A stretch of 64,000 nucleotides of DNA from an uncultured Poribacteria bacterium (GCA_958296135.2 CATQHZ020000001.1:1472001-1536000), one strand, 5' to 3'. Positions 30,333 to 40,471 are shown, numbered from the stretch's first letter. The notes: generated by a model from the sequence alone, not told the origin. Translations and numbers: made by a program.

Positions 30333-31105
30333 ATGGGGCTCTCCGTGAGAATTTCTGGGCCGTCCGACAGCACCGCTACAGTATGTTCAAAGAAAGCGGA
30401 GAGACTGCTGTCTGTTGTTGCGATAGTCCATCCGTCTTCTAGGCATTCCACTTCTGCTCCGCCTGCATTCACCATGGCTTCGATGGCGAGCACCATCCCG
30501 GTTCTCAGCCGTGTGCCTCTCTCTGGGGTGCCGAAACAGGGGAGTTCTGGTTTCTCATGGAGGTGGCGTCCGATGCCGTGTCCTGCGTAATTCTGAATGA
30601 CAGAGAACCCGGCGGATTCTGCGACGGTTTGCAATTGCGATGCGATGTCGCCGACGCGGTTGCCCGGCTTCGCCTGTGCAATGGCGGCGTATAGCGATGC
30701 TTTTGTGATATCAAGGAGCCGTTGCGCTTGGGGTGAGACATCGCCGACGGGGAAAGTGAAGGCGTTATCGCCGTGATACCCGCCGAGTTTGACTGCCGTG
30801 TCGACTCCGATGATGTCCCCGGTGTGCAATTTCTCATGCTTGTTTGGGATGCCGTGTATGACGACATCGTTGCGTGAGACGCAGATGCGTGCGGGATAGG
30901 GTGGATGTTCGGGGATTCGATAGTTCAGAAACGAGGGGATAGCGTTAACAGCGGCTGTCGCCTCCTTTGCCACCTGTTCCAGTTCTGCGGTAGAGATGCC
31001 GGGCTGAATTGCTTCTGCGATTCGGTGTAGCACGTGTGCGGCGGCTTTTCCGCTTTGGCGCATCCGTTCAATTTCGCGTTGGTTTTTAATCGTAAGTTTG
31101 TGCAT
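30320..31105 (-). CDS. map: Methionine aminopeptidase type I
   Basis: VVIHGIP, YHGD, GHGIGRHLHE, AIE, FEHTV. Confidence 0.93.
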   Translation of the reverse strand: MHKLTIKNQREIERMRQSGKAAAHVLHRIAEAIQPGISTAELEQVAKEATAAVNAIPSFLNYRIPEHPPYPARICVSRNDVVIHGIPNKHEKLHTGDIIGVDTAVKLGGYHGDNAFTFPVGDVSPQAQRLLDITKASLYAAIAQAKPGNRVGDIASQLQTVAESAGFSVIQNYAGHGIGRHLHEKPELPCFGTPERGTRLRTGMVLAIEAMVNAGGAEVECLEDGWTIATTDSSLSAFFEHTVAVLSDGPEILTESPIWIS

Positions 31106-31276
31106 GGTATTCTGTGGATGAGGGCAACGAGGTGTAATACCAAATTAAGTTGATTTGTCGCGCGCCTCTAGATGAAGTTCGCCGGATTTGGACCCGCATG
31201 TCATACAGGGCATGGCTCGGATTCTCTTCCCAGCTCAGTGCCGGGCTCAGGCTGCTTCGCAGGAAACCCGAACGAC

Positions 31277-32518
31277 TCAGGTTAATTTGGTATAAGCCCG
31301 CGTCAGTTCTACTTCAGTATCTGCGATGTTGCATAAACCGGCGTATTCTTGCTGAATTTTTTCATGCGCAACCTTGCCGCCGATCTGGTAGAGACAAATT
31401 TTCTCTGCCACTTTTCGGTTGGGCTGCGCGGTAATCATGCGTTGCCGCGTTTCGTCCCAGAGGAGGCCTGCCCACGGGGTATTAGCGAGTTCCATTGGGA
31501 TTTCCGAGATGCGTCTAGTGGTTTCTTTTTCGCACCCCCCTGAATCCTTCGCGTGTCTGACGACGTGCGCTATCATCAGAAGTCCCAGGGGCCGGAAAAG
31601 GAGGTGTCCGCCGTTGCTGTGGCGATAGCGTTTTGTAATATGCGCGTCCGGCTGGTTTGCGAGTACCTCATTGATAGGTGGAAATGCCGCTGCCAGCGTG
31701 TTCCAGAAGCGTTCACTTTTGGCGTAAAATTCGGCGAGGGTGCTATCCGCCGGCCGATGCCGCTTGAATTCATCCCATCCCTTTTCCGTTCTAAACAAGA
31801 TGTCCAAAACATCGTAAAGCGTCGTAATTGTCGTCCAGTTCCTATTATCTTCTGCGAGGGTTTTCGTTGTCGCGAGCGAAATTTTCTCTTGAAAGAGCGG
31901 GTGGTTTTCAACGAGTTGCCGCGTTGTGATTGCGATGATGTCGTCCTCATCCTGCGCGACAATCTCGCTTTTACTGCTAGGTTTCGCGGCGCGGTTCAGC
32001 GTTGCGAAAAGCCTGCGCGTCCGCGCTATTCCCACCGCATCTTTCCGATGCGAGACGAAGATGACGCTTACTTCTTCGCGGTTGAGTTCTTCGCTTTCTG
32101 CAAGTGCCTTTTTAATGCCTTCAACGCGGTGCTGTCCATCAATCGCGAACAGCGTCTCCGCGCCATCAAGCCGGAGGATGCCGAGGGCTCCCTCCAAATA
32201 GAGTGGGAGTGCCTCTGCGTCAAAGTGGCGGTTCGTGCCAATTGCCAATTCATACCAATCCGGCGAGCCTCCGTAAACGCCAACGATGAGGGCATTAAAG
32301 AACCGCTGCGGTTGATTTAGCAGGTAGTCCGAGATTTCACCGGCGCGCTTGGCAATCTGCTGTTGCACCATCGCCTTGAGTGTTGGGCTTGAGTGGATTT
32401 CCTCGGCGATGTGGACGCGCTTGGCAATCTCTTCCATTTGAAGAAAGGTGACATAGTAAACCCAATCGCCCATGTGGGCTCTCAGCGCAGGGAGAAGAAG
32501 TTCGTTGGTTTTTGTCAT
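31277..32518 (-). CDS. DGQHR-domain (DndB/ParB-superfamily) protein
   Basis: MGDWVYY, RFFNALIV, FAIDGQHR, TRRLFATLN. Confidence 0.88.
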   Translation of the reverse strand: MTKTNELLLPALRAHMGDWVYYVTFLQMEEIAKRVHIAEEIHSSPTLKAMVQQQIAKRAGEISDYLLNQPQRFFNALIVGVYGGSPDWYELAIGTNRHFDAEALPLYLEGALGILRLDGAETLFAIDGQHRVEGIKKALAESEELNREEVSVIFVSHRKDAVGIARTRRLFATLNRAAKPSSKSEIVAQDEDDIIAITTRQLVENHPLFQEKISLATTKTLAEDNRNWTTITTLYDVLDILFRTEKGWDEFKRHRPADSTLAEFYAKSERFWNTLAAAFPPINEVLANQPDAHITKRYRHSNGGHLLFRPLGLLMIAHVVRHAKDSGGCEKETTRRISEIPMELANTPWAGLLWDETRQRMITAQPNRKVAEKICLYQIGGKVAHEKIQQEYAGLCNIADTEVELTRAYTKLT

Positions 32519-32748
32519 TAGAAAACACCTCTGACGCGACGAACCCCTGAAGGGAGCTGCTCATTACAAGGCGGCACGAACGAAGTGCTGAGTGCATCTT
32601 CTATTTCGTGAATCCGTTCAACTTGCGGAATTACCGCATAACAGAAATGGAGATAGCCTTGATACTTGTTCAACAACCGCAAGATGTTTGAGCGTCCTGC
32701 TGGATTGTTCTGCTCACGAAGATACTCGTTGATCGGGAGCCCAAACAA
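32518..32748 (-). pseudogene. 5'-truncated partner gene, possibly the C-terminal half of a GIY-YIG-like nuclease
   Basis: EYLREQ...RSNILRLL...EIEDAL...PPCN; TAATG stop/start coupling to the DGQHR gene; no good start or RBS, abuts the miaB stop. Confidence 0.5.
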
Positions 32749-32770
32749 GTCAAGATCCGACGAGTTTTAC

Positions 32771-34207
32771 CTATAGAACAATCTGCCCTATCAACGTATG
32801 CGCCGTGGTGCTCTCAATGCAAACATCAACCATGTCCCCTACCGCGCTGTTCGCCATCGGAAACACCGTCGTTTTGAAGCCGTCTGTTTTTCCGTAATAC
32901 CGGTTTGCGTCGCGGCGGGATTCGCCTTCTACCAGCACAGTAAACGTCTCGCCGATAGCGGCATCGTTAATCTCTGCAGAGATTTTCTCTTGGAGCGCGA
33001 TAATTTCCCTGAGTCGTCTCCCCTTCTCCGTTTCCTGCACATCGTCTGGGAACGCCTTATGCGCGAGGGTGCCCTCCCGGTCGGAATACTTGAACATGAA
33101 CGCCGAATCGTAACGGATGTCTGCCATCATCTCATACGTCTGCATGAATTCCGCTTCGGTTTCACCACAGAACCCGACGATGATATCTGTGGTGAGGACG
33201 ATGTTGGGGATGCGTTCGCGGAGTTTCGCGACTAAGTCGCGGTATTCCTCCGCCGTATAGGTGCGGCGCATCCGCTCCAACACCGATGTAGAACCGGATT
33301 GCAGCGGCAGGTGCAGGTGGTTACAGACGTTTGGCGAGTTCGCCATTGCGTCTATCATGCTGTCGGTGGCATCTGCTGGGTGCGGAGACGTAAAGCGCAC
33401 GCGTTCTAGTCCGTTCACGTTGCTAACGGCATGGAGCAATTCGCCGAAGTCAGAACCACTTGTTCCGGTGGGCGTGTTCTCCCTATTTTGACTTTCATAG
33501 CGATAGGAGTTGACAGTCTGGCCGAGGAGGACTACCTCCTTGAACCCCTGTTCTACTAGTTTTTCGACATCTTCGACGAGCAGTTTGAGCGGCAGGCTTC
33601 GTTCTCTGCCTCGCACGAACGGGACGATACAGAAGGTGCACATCTTATCGCATCCCCGCTGGATTGTGAGCCAGGCGCGAATTCCCTCCTTTCGGATAGG
33701 GGCGATATCGGCGTAATCCTCGCTTTTGTCCAACCGCACGCCTAAAAACGGGTCGCGATTTGTCACAGCATTCAGTGCCATCGGCAGGTTCCGATAGGCA
33801 TCGGGGCCCATCACCAGATCGACGTACGGTGCGGCCTCCACCAGCCGGTCGCGGAGGTGCTGCGCCATGCAGCCACACACGCCGATGATGAGCTCCGGGT
33901 CGCGGCGTTTACGGTGGTTCAACTGCTTTAACCGATTGAGCACCTTCGTCTCGGCATTCTCCCGAATGGCGCAGGTGTTGAGTAGCACGACATCTGCATC
34001 GTCCAAGTGTGACACCGTCCGATGTCCACTTTGAGTGAGAATGCCGGCCATCAGTTCGCTGTCGCTGACGTTCATCTGACAGCCGTAAGTCTCGATGTAT
34101 ATCTTACGCGCTTGCGAGAGGGCCGCGGTGTGTTGTAACCCTGCTTTCTGATAGATGGGTAAACGAGTGATTGTGCTTTTTTCCACGTTTTGTGCCTCTA
34201 TAGCCAT
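32771..34207 (-). CDS. miaB: tRNA-2-methylthio-N6-dimethylallyladenosine synthase
   Basis: TYGCQMN, NTCAIRE, GCDKMCTFC radical SAM motif, RFTSPHP, TRAM domain. Confidence 0.95.
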   Translation of the reverse strand: MAIEAQNVEKSTITRLPIYQKAGLQHTAALSQARKIYIETYGCQMNVSDSELMAGILTQSGHRTVSHLDDADVVLLNTCAIRENAETKVLNRLKQLNHRKRRDPELIIGVCGCMAQHLRDRLVEAAPYVDLVMGPDAYRNLPMALNAVTNRDPFLGVRLDKSEDYADIAPIRKEGIRAWLTIQRGCDKMCTFCIVPFVRGRERSLPLKLLVEDVEKLVEQGFKEVVLLGQTVNSYRYESQNRENTPTGTSGSDFGELLHAVSNVNGLERVRFTSPHPADATDSMIDAMANSPNVCNHLHLPLQSGSTSVLERMRRTYTAEEYRDLVAKLRERIPNIVLTTDIIVGFCGETEAEFMQTYEMMADIRYDSAFMFKYSDREGTLAHKAFPDDVQETEKGRRLREIIALQEKISAEINDAAIGETFTVLVEGESRRDANRYYGKTDGFKTTVFPMANSAVGDMVDVCIESTTAHTLIGQIVL

Positions 34208-34430
34208 TAAGCTCTTAAGGGTTTTTTATTCGGAATGGGGCTTTTTTGTGATTGCCTCATCGGTTCTGCTTTTGCGAGAACTGCGTTCATCTGAATGCTA
34301 TGCGTTAATTATACCATAATATCTGTGTTAATGCAAATTGATTTGCATTTTGCCGAGGGAATAGGTTACACTATATTGAGATAAGTCGCGACCTTGCGAA
34401 AAAATAAGACATTTGAAAGGAGGGCGCATC

Positions 34431-35141
34431 ATGCCCGTCATCGGAATCACGTCCAAAGATAGGACAGGGATGACTAATTATATCAATGCAATTCAGGAAT
34501 TCGGTGGAGAACCGCTTGTCTTTGCTTCACTAGACAGATCTGTTCGCGCGCACCACGCGGCTATTCCCGAATACCTCGATCAAATTGATGGACTGCTGCT
34601 GCCGGGCGGCGGCGACATCAATCCATGCCTTTATTTTCAGGAACGGCACCGTAACGTTAGAGGTGTTAGTAGATCGCGCGATGCACTAGAGATATGGCTG
34701 TTCCAAAATGCTTTGGAAGCCAACCTTCCGGTCCTCGGCATCTGCCGCGGCATCCAGATTATGAGTGTTGCGATGCGAGGAAGTCTGTATCAGGATATTG
34801 CGGATACGGTGCCGCGGGATACCTTATGTCATACACGAGTGGATGGCACCGATTCTCGGCATGACATTGAGATAGATGATGGCAGTTTACTGCGTCACAT
34901 CGTGGGTAGTCGCGGTGCTGAGGTGAATTCGGCGCATCATCAGGCAGTGGACGCAGGTGGTGAAGGGCTCGTCGTCACAGCGCGTAGCACCGAGGATGGC
35001 ATCATTGAGGCTATTGAGCGTCCCGACAAGCGGTTTATGCTCGGCGTGCAATATCACCCGGAACGGATGCTCAAGGCGCGCGAGTTGCGCGAACACGGTG
35101 CGAAACTCTTTACGGCGTTCATTGAAGCGGCGGCTTCCTAA
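34431..35141 (+). CDS. Peptidase C26 / gamma-glutamyl-GABA hydrolase (PuuD-like)
   Basis: LLLPGGGD, GICRGIQ, VNSAHHQ, GVQYHPE. Confidence 0.9.
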   Translation: MPVIGITSKDRTGMTNYINAIQEFGGEPLVFASLDRSVRAHHAAIPEYLDQIDGLLLPGGGDINPCLYFQERHRNVRGVSRSRDALEIWLFQNALEANLPVLGICRGIQIMSVAMRGSLYQDIADTVPRDTLCHTRVDGTDSRHDIEIDDGSLLRHIVGSRGAEVNSAHHQAVDAGGEGLVVTARSTEDGIIEAIERPDKRFMLGVQYHPERMLKARELREHGAKLFTAFIEAAAS

Positions 35142-35147
35142 TTATTA

Positions 35148-35293
35148 CCGTAGGGCGAGGGTCTGTCCCTCGCCGTGCGCCGATAGCTACGGCTTGTTTC
35201 CGTAGGGCGAGGGTCTGTCCCTCGCTGTGCGCCGATAGCTACGGCTTGTTTCCGTAGGGCGAGGGCCTGTCCCTCGCCGTGCGCCGATAGCTA
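35148..35293. repeat. 52-bp tandem repeat (about 2.8 copies) of a REP family A unit
   Basis: CCGTAGGGCGAGGGTCTGTCCCTCGCCGTGCGCCGATAGCTACGGCTTGTTT starting at 35148, 35200 and 35252. Confidence 0.9.
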
Positions 35294-35315
35294 GATAAAA
35301 AAAGGAGCACACAAC

Positions 35316-36005
35316 ATGTCCCCTATTATCGGAATCACGTTAACAGACAATATTGCGGACACCGGGATGAATAACTATACGTGCGCTGTGGAGCAGCACG
35401 GTGGAGTCGTTCGCTGCATCACCCCGGGTGAAGAACCTAGCATCTCTGGGCTTGATGGGCTGCTGCTCACCGGCGGCGGCGATATCCATCCCGACTACTT
35501 TCACCAACCGTGGCACCCCTCGCTGAAATACGTTAACGAAGCGCGCGACGAACTGGAGATACCGCTGTTTCAACAAGCGTTGGAGGCAGACATCCCTGTC
35601 TTCGGGATTTGCCGCGGCATCCAAATTATGAGCATCGCGATGGCCGGAAGTCTGTATCAGGATATTGAGGATACGGTGCCGCGGGATACCTTATGTCATA
35701 CACGAGTGGGCATCACCGATTCTCGGCATGACATTGAGATAGATGATGGCAGTCTACTGCGTCACATCGTAGGCGGGCGCGTCGCCGAGGTGAATTCGGC
35801 GCATCATCAAGCAGTGAATGAACTCGGCGAGGGATTCGTCGTCACGGCGCGCACCGAAGATGGCATAATTGAGGCGATGGAGAATCCGTCCAAACGGTTT
35901 ATGCTCGGCGTGCAATATCACCCGGAACGGATGCTCAAGGAGCACGAGTTGCGCGAACATGGAGCGAAACTTTTTGAGGCGTTTATCAGGGCAGCGGCCT
36001 CCTGA
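35316..36005 (+). CDS. Peptidase C26 / PuuD-like hydrolase (tandem paralog)
   Basis: Same motifs as 34431..35141; AAGGAG RBS. Confidence 0.9.
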   Translation: MSPIIGITLTDNIADTGMNNYTCAVEQHGGVVRCITPGEEPSISGLDGLLLTGGGDIHPDYFHQPWHPSLKYVNEARDELEIPLFQQALEADIPVFGICRGIQIMSIAMAGSLYQDIEDTVPRDTLCHTRVGITDSRHDIEIDDGSLLRHIVGGRVAEVNSAHHQAVNELGEGFVVTARTEDGIIEAMENPSKRFMLGVQYHPERMLKEHELREHGAKLFEAFIRAAAS

Positions 36006-36016
36006 GAATTGGCGGC

Positions 36017-36042
36017 GGGCGGATAGAGACATCCGCCCATAC
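36017..36042. repeat. REP family C
   Basis: GGGCGGATAGAGACATCCGCCCATAC. Confidence 0.8.
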
Positions 36043-36125
36043 AATCCGAGGCAGAGGCATTTCAGCAGACATGAAGGAATGTCCTAACGGCACTAAAGAA
36101 ACGTGTGGCGGTGTGACATCCTGCG

Positions 36126-37049
36126 TTAAAAATTTGCCACTAACGAGAACCGATGCGTTAACCCTAACACTCCGAACGGCACCAGCGCGTAATCGATCTG
36201 GAACCGCCGAAGCGTGAGCCCAAAACCGCCTGTTAACCCAGAAGTGCCGCCTAAATCGTTGCCGCCCAACTTGTATTTGTAGCCGGTGCGCAGTTGCAAG
36301 ATGCTGGCTATTGTATAGGCGGCACCCACGCCGGTGGTAATGTCATTATCAGAAGGACGCACGACATCGGCTGTTAGCATGAAGGCATCGCCCCACGGAC
36401 GGTAAGCCGCGCCGAACCGAAACGTAAACGGCAACCCGAACGCCTCCTCTACGAACCTCACGCGTGGTCCGACGTGCTGCGCGTTGAAGCCGAGAGATAG
36501 GGGAAGTTTTGGGAACGTGTAAAGCCCCCCGAAATCGAAGGCGATGCCGGTGCCGCTCTCATCGGCAATCTGCTCGCGCAGGAACTTTGCATTTGCGCCG
36601 AACGCGAGATTCGGGGTAACGGCGTTCGCATACGAGACGATAAGTGCCAGATCATAGGGCCGGAAGATAGTTGTCTCGTTGCCATCCCGGTCGCGGCCTT
36701 GCAATTCGCCGAAGGATAAGTAATTCGCGCTCGCGCCGATTGTCCCGATATCGCCGATTGGGAGCGCGAAGCCGATGAATTCGTGGTTGATGCCCGCGAA
36801 CCATTCGTTATGCATCAGCGCGAGTTGCGGCTGCTGGAGCCGTGCGAGGCCGGCGGGGTTCCAGTAGGATGCGTAAAGATCATCGGTTGCGGCGACGTGT
36901 GATTCGCCCATGCCCATCGCCTTCGCGCCGATTCCGATTTTGAGGAATGTCATTGCGCGGGTGCCGGCGTTTTGGTGGATGTCGGTATTTTGTGCCGCTG
37001 CTGGTATGGCTGCGATGATGAGGGTTATGATGAGGAGAAATCGGTTCAT
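36126..37049 (-). CDS. PorV/PorQ family outer-membrane beta-barrel protein
   Basis: FLKIGIGAKAMGMG, YWNPAGL, C-terminal THRFSLVANF. Confidence 0.85.
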   Translation of the reverse strand: MNRFLLIITLIIAAIPAAAQNTDIHQNAGTRAMTFLKIGIGAKAMGMGESHVAATDDLYASYWNPAGLARLQQPQLALMHNEWFAGINHEFIGFALPIGDIGTIGASANYLSFGELQGRDRDGNETTIFRPYDLALIVSYANAVTPNLAFGANAKFLREQIADESGTGIAFDFGGLYTFPKLPLSLGFNAQHVGPRVRFVEEAFGLPFTFRFGAAYRPWGDAFMLTADVVRPSDNDITTGVGAAYTIASILQLRTGYKYKLGGNDLGGTSGLTGGFGLTLRRFQIDYALVPFGVLGLTHRFSLVANF

Positions 37050-37062
37050 GCAGTGTCTCCGG

Positions 37063-40000
37063 TTAGTCGGTTGAGTCTTCGTCGGTATCGTCGGTGCTTT
37101 CGTAATAGGCCAGAACTGCTTTCATGTCCCGCCAGTGTCGCTCCACAAACCGAAGCGTTATCTGACGGTTGCCGAGTTTCAAGGGAACTGAAAAATTGCC
37201 TGAATTTGAAACCATCAGCAAATTTTTCAATTCCTCCATTGCTTCGGGCACTTGCTTGATAAACTCCTTGTATTGTGGTGAGCACTTTGGACAGAGAGCC
37301 AAGAATTGCGCCTCGTACTCTTTCGTGAAACAGTCTTTCAGAACTTCAACGGCAGCAAAGTGGTACTCACCGCTGCGGTTCTTAAAAGGCATTTCCTCGT
37401 GACATATCTGGCACACCATCTGGTCTGCCTCGTTCGTGTACGACTGCTTCAGATAAGTCTTTGGGAAAATCCAGTCTCTTGAAGCTCGAACGCTTTTCAT
37501 CTGATGCTCGTACTTCTGATCCGGGGCTTCGTCAAGGTCTGCTAAGGTTCTCCTTGTTCTCTGTGCAGGATCTGGCACGGGCCTTTCTGGAAAATGGGGA
37601 GATGTGGAAGGAATTAGGATAGGTTTAGGCTCGGGCGGGAAGAGAATAGCCGATAGTTCCTCTGGAGTTCTCTCCATTATGTTTGCCAGTCTACGGATGA
37701 GGCTTGACAGATCGTCGCGCTCACTTTGCATACCTAGTTGGTTCGCTAGCCGCTCATCACGTTTGAATGAGTCCGGAAGTTGGTCTAGGGTAAGTTCGCT
37801 GGGTTTGCACAGGGTTCCATTGGCCCCTGGGAGCCACGCCGTATCAATCAGTAAACGCCCAAAATGTTGGGATACTGTTTCCACGACATCATAAGTTGAT
37901 GCGAAAGACGAAAAATCCTGTCGGCTTGACCAGATGACCTTCCCACTAATGCAGTGACAATAAGGGATCGCTAAGCGGTTCCAGATTATCTCGCTTTTTG
38001 CAGGTGATGGGTTCATCAAGGCATTTTCGAGACCGTCAATTTTGATGTCTGGATCAAACCCTTCTAATCCGCGTCTGTAGCAGTCGCTTCTAGAATCAGG
38101 ATATATGGAATTGTTAAGATGAATATCATATGTCGTTCCAGGGGTTGACTCGCAAGTGACACGAATACTCCGTGAAACCCCTAATTCCTTGAGCATGTCA
38201 TGATGTCCTTCAGCATATTCAGGACTGACAAACTGATAGGAAGCGTATCCCTCAAAATACACGCGCAACTCATTGGTTGGAAGATAGAGTTCCTCGGGTT
38301 TCCGATAAACCGGGCCGTTTTCGTCCAGACTTTCGACAAGAATAAACGGTGTCTCCTGCAGCGCGTTTCGGAGTCGCCTTCTCGCCTTGTCGGAATCTGT
38401 GTTATTGGCGCGTTCGATTCTGTCAAAATCTCTTCTGTGAGTTTCAACAGGGACTATAGAGGAAGCGTCCTTATATTTCGGTAGGATATTTCTGATGACA
38501 TCCTCAACGATATCCCACTCGCGAAGCCCCAGATTTTCCAGAAATCGGCGAGCTTCTTCATCTTGAGAGATTTCCAACATCACAATCGGCAATGAAGTAT
38601 CAGTATCCGTTCCGATGGGCAAATACGCGTTAGGTGGGCCGTCTGCCGCGAATGGACTAACGTGCGTCCTGTCCTGGAGGCGGAGGATAGGCTCTGTCCG
38701 GAGGATATGTGCCACTGCCGTTTGGTCTAATAAGAACCTATAGAATTCAATAAACCAATCGTTAGGTTGCACGGAGAGGAACGGTATGGATAGTCGGCGC
38801 GCGAACATAACCGGAGTGACTTCTTCAATACCCAAGTCCATGAGGTACCGACGAAGAGTAAGCGTGCGATCTAACGTAATGTCGGCGGATAACCACTTGA
38901 TTTCGCTCTCATCCCTGGGAAACAACTCTCCTAATTGGGCGTGGCTGAGAAGATTTCTAATAGCATCCCCACGCGCAAGTTTGGCGTTTTGTGCAGAAAC
39001 AAACGTGCCATCGTTAGCGGGAAGAAACTCCTGCGTTCTGAAGGCTTCGCACGCTTCGCTGTGTATAGGGTAAAATAGGTTCCCTCCCTCCAGATTTTTC
39101 AGACTACTCGCGAGTGTGTCAAGGAAACAAACGGTTAAGAGTTTCTGCTCCTTTAAGAGAGGGAATAGTCCGGAAGTGACTACATCGGCAACGCAGTCGA
39201 TCAACCAGTGATTCCAGAGATTGTCTTGCTGAATGCGTTCGCGCGAACTTGTTAGAATGAAATCGGCGTTGATTAAAAATGGAAAATCCGTGTCGGATAC
39301 AGGCAGATAGGCGAAAATCTTTTTGATACCCGTGGAATTTTCATCTAGCGGAAATGCGATTGAGACACCTCGATCTGCTATTCCTTCCCGCTTTTCGTGA
39401 TGAATTTCCGTTGGTTTGTGAAAGGTTTTGGTACACACTAAAAACTCATCAACGGTGGAGAAAGAATCCTCTTGTTTACTACCTTCAACGAGGACCTCAA
39501 TTTTGGGGAACTCATCAGCGTTTTTCAAAATTGCTAAATCGGTTCCGGTATCTGTCTCTATTCGGATTTCCTGTAATTTTGACAGAAAAAGGATAGTTTC
39601 CGGCTCGATCTCTAGGAGCATTTCTTCGATTTTATCATAGCCAAATTCCGCCTTCGTTAGCGGCAGGATGATATTGGTTTGGGAGAGATCTAAACCTTCC
39701 GGCGATGTATCAACCCATTGCGGTACGATGTATCCAAGTCCTGTTTGCTCATCGCGTTCCGGCAGACAGAAATGGTAGCCGTTGGAAAAAATGTGAGGGT
39801 TTTCCGTTACGCGAAAAACAGACTTAAAACCGATCCCTTTTTCCCCGATATAACCTTGTGCCTTCTCCTTTGTTGTTTCACCAACAGCACAGATAGCATC
39901 CACATTACGATCTGTAAAGCCGGTTTCGTTGTTGTGGATAATCAGCGCGCCATCGGCCCCTTCGCTACCGGTTGGGTCTATTTTCGTTAACCGGAAGGAG

Positions 40001-40203
40001 AGAGAAGGCGAAGACTCATGATAAGAGTTGTCTTCAGCGTTCTGAATCAACTCAAAGATAAAATGGGTATGTTTGTTGTATAGGTCGTCCGCAAGAGTCC
40101 GAACTGAATTGTTCAGGCTATCTTTAAGACGCTTAAGTTGTTCGCTGGCCGGCTGAAAGTCATTCCGAATTTGCTGAATGTGGAGAAATTGTTTGCTTGG
40201 CAT
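37063..40203 (-). CDS. Sacsin/NO VEIN-like GHKL ATPase with C-terminal HNH-like zinc module
   Basis: HFIFELIQNAEDN, IGEKGIGFKSVF, PFLINADFILTSSRE; C-terminal CQIC...LALCPKC; ATG 40203 with AAGGAGG RBS. Confidence 0.8.
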   Translation of the reverse strand: MPSKQFLHIQQIRNDFQPASEQLKRLKDSLNNSVRTLADDLYNKHTHFIFELIQNAEDNSYHESSPSLSFRLTKIDPTGSEGADGALIIHNNETGFTDRNVDAICAVGETTKEKAQGYIGEKGIGFKSVFRVTENPHIFSNGYHFCLPERDEQTGLGYIVPQWVDTSPEGLDLSQTNIILPLTKAEFGYDKIEEMLLEIEPETILFLSKLQEIRIETDTGTDLAILKNADEFPKIEVLVEGSKQEDSFSTVDEFLVCTKTFHKPTEIHHEKREGIADRGVSIAFPLDENSTGIKKIFAYLPVSDTDFPFLINADFILTSSRERIQQDNLWNHWLIDCVADVVTSGLFPLLKEQKLLTVCFLDTLASSLKNLEGGNLFYPIHSEACEAFRTQEFLPANDGTFVSAQNAKLARGDAIRNLLSHAQLGELFPRDESEIKWLSADITLDRTLTLRRYLMDLGIEEVTPVMFARRLSIPFLSVQPNDWFIEFYRFLLDQTAVAHILRTEPILRLQDRTHVSPFAADGPPNAYLPIGTDTDTSLPIVMLEISQDEEARRFLENLGLREWDIVEDVIRNILPKYKDASSIVPVETHRRDFDRIERANNTDSDKARRRLRNALQETPFILVESLDENGPVYRKPEELYLPTNELRVYFEGYASYQFVSPEYAEGHHDMLKELGVSRSIRVTCESTPGTTYDIHLNNSIYPDSRSDCYRRGLEGFDPDIKIDGLENALMNPSPAKSEIIWNRLAIPYCHCISGKVIWSSRQDFSSFASTYDVVETVSQHFGRLLIDTAWLPGANGTLCKPSELTLDQLPDSFKRDERLANQLGMQSERDDLSSLIRRLANIMERTPEELSAILFPPEPKPILIPSTSPHFPERPVPDPAQRTRRTLADLDEAPDQKYEHQMKSVRASRDWIFPKTYLKQSYTNEADQMVCQICHEEMPFKNRSGEYHFAAVEVLKDCFTKEYEAQFLALCPKCSPQYKEFIKQVPEAMEELKNLLMVSNSGNFSVPLKLGNRQITLRFVERHWRDMKAVLAYYESTDDTDEDSTD

Positions 40204-40471
40204 GCGATAGCCTCCTTTGCCTTTAATTTTACCGAAGTCTGGACAATTTGCATCAAGTTCCCGTTGCTTTATCAAACTACGAAATAAACTCTATGGAGTT
40301 GCAGTGCCGAATCTCAATTGCCGACGCTGCAAGTTGACTGCCTCCGTCTTTGAGTCGTCGGGGGTTACGAAGCGCGAGACGCGCGCTTATGCCGATGCGG
40401 GAATGGATCCGATGCAACCGTTCGCATCCCCGCGCGTTCTGACAAATTGTCCAAACTTTAAGATAATGTTA

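Noticed and set aside
31277-32518. Complete Dnd phosphorothioation system
   Set aside because: No dndA/C/D/E genes in the window.
35148-35293. Possible CRISPR array
   Set aside because: The 52-bp units are essentially identical throughout, with no unique spacers and no cas genes; it is a REP tandem repeat.
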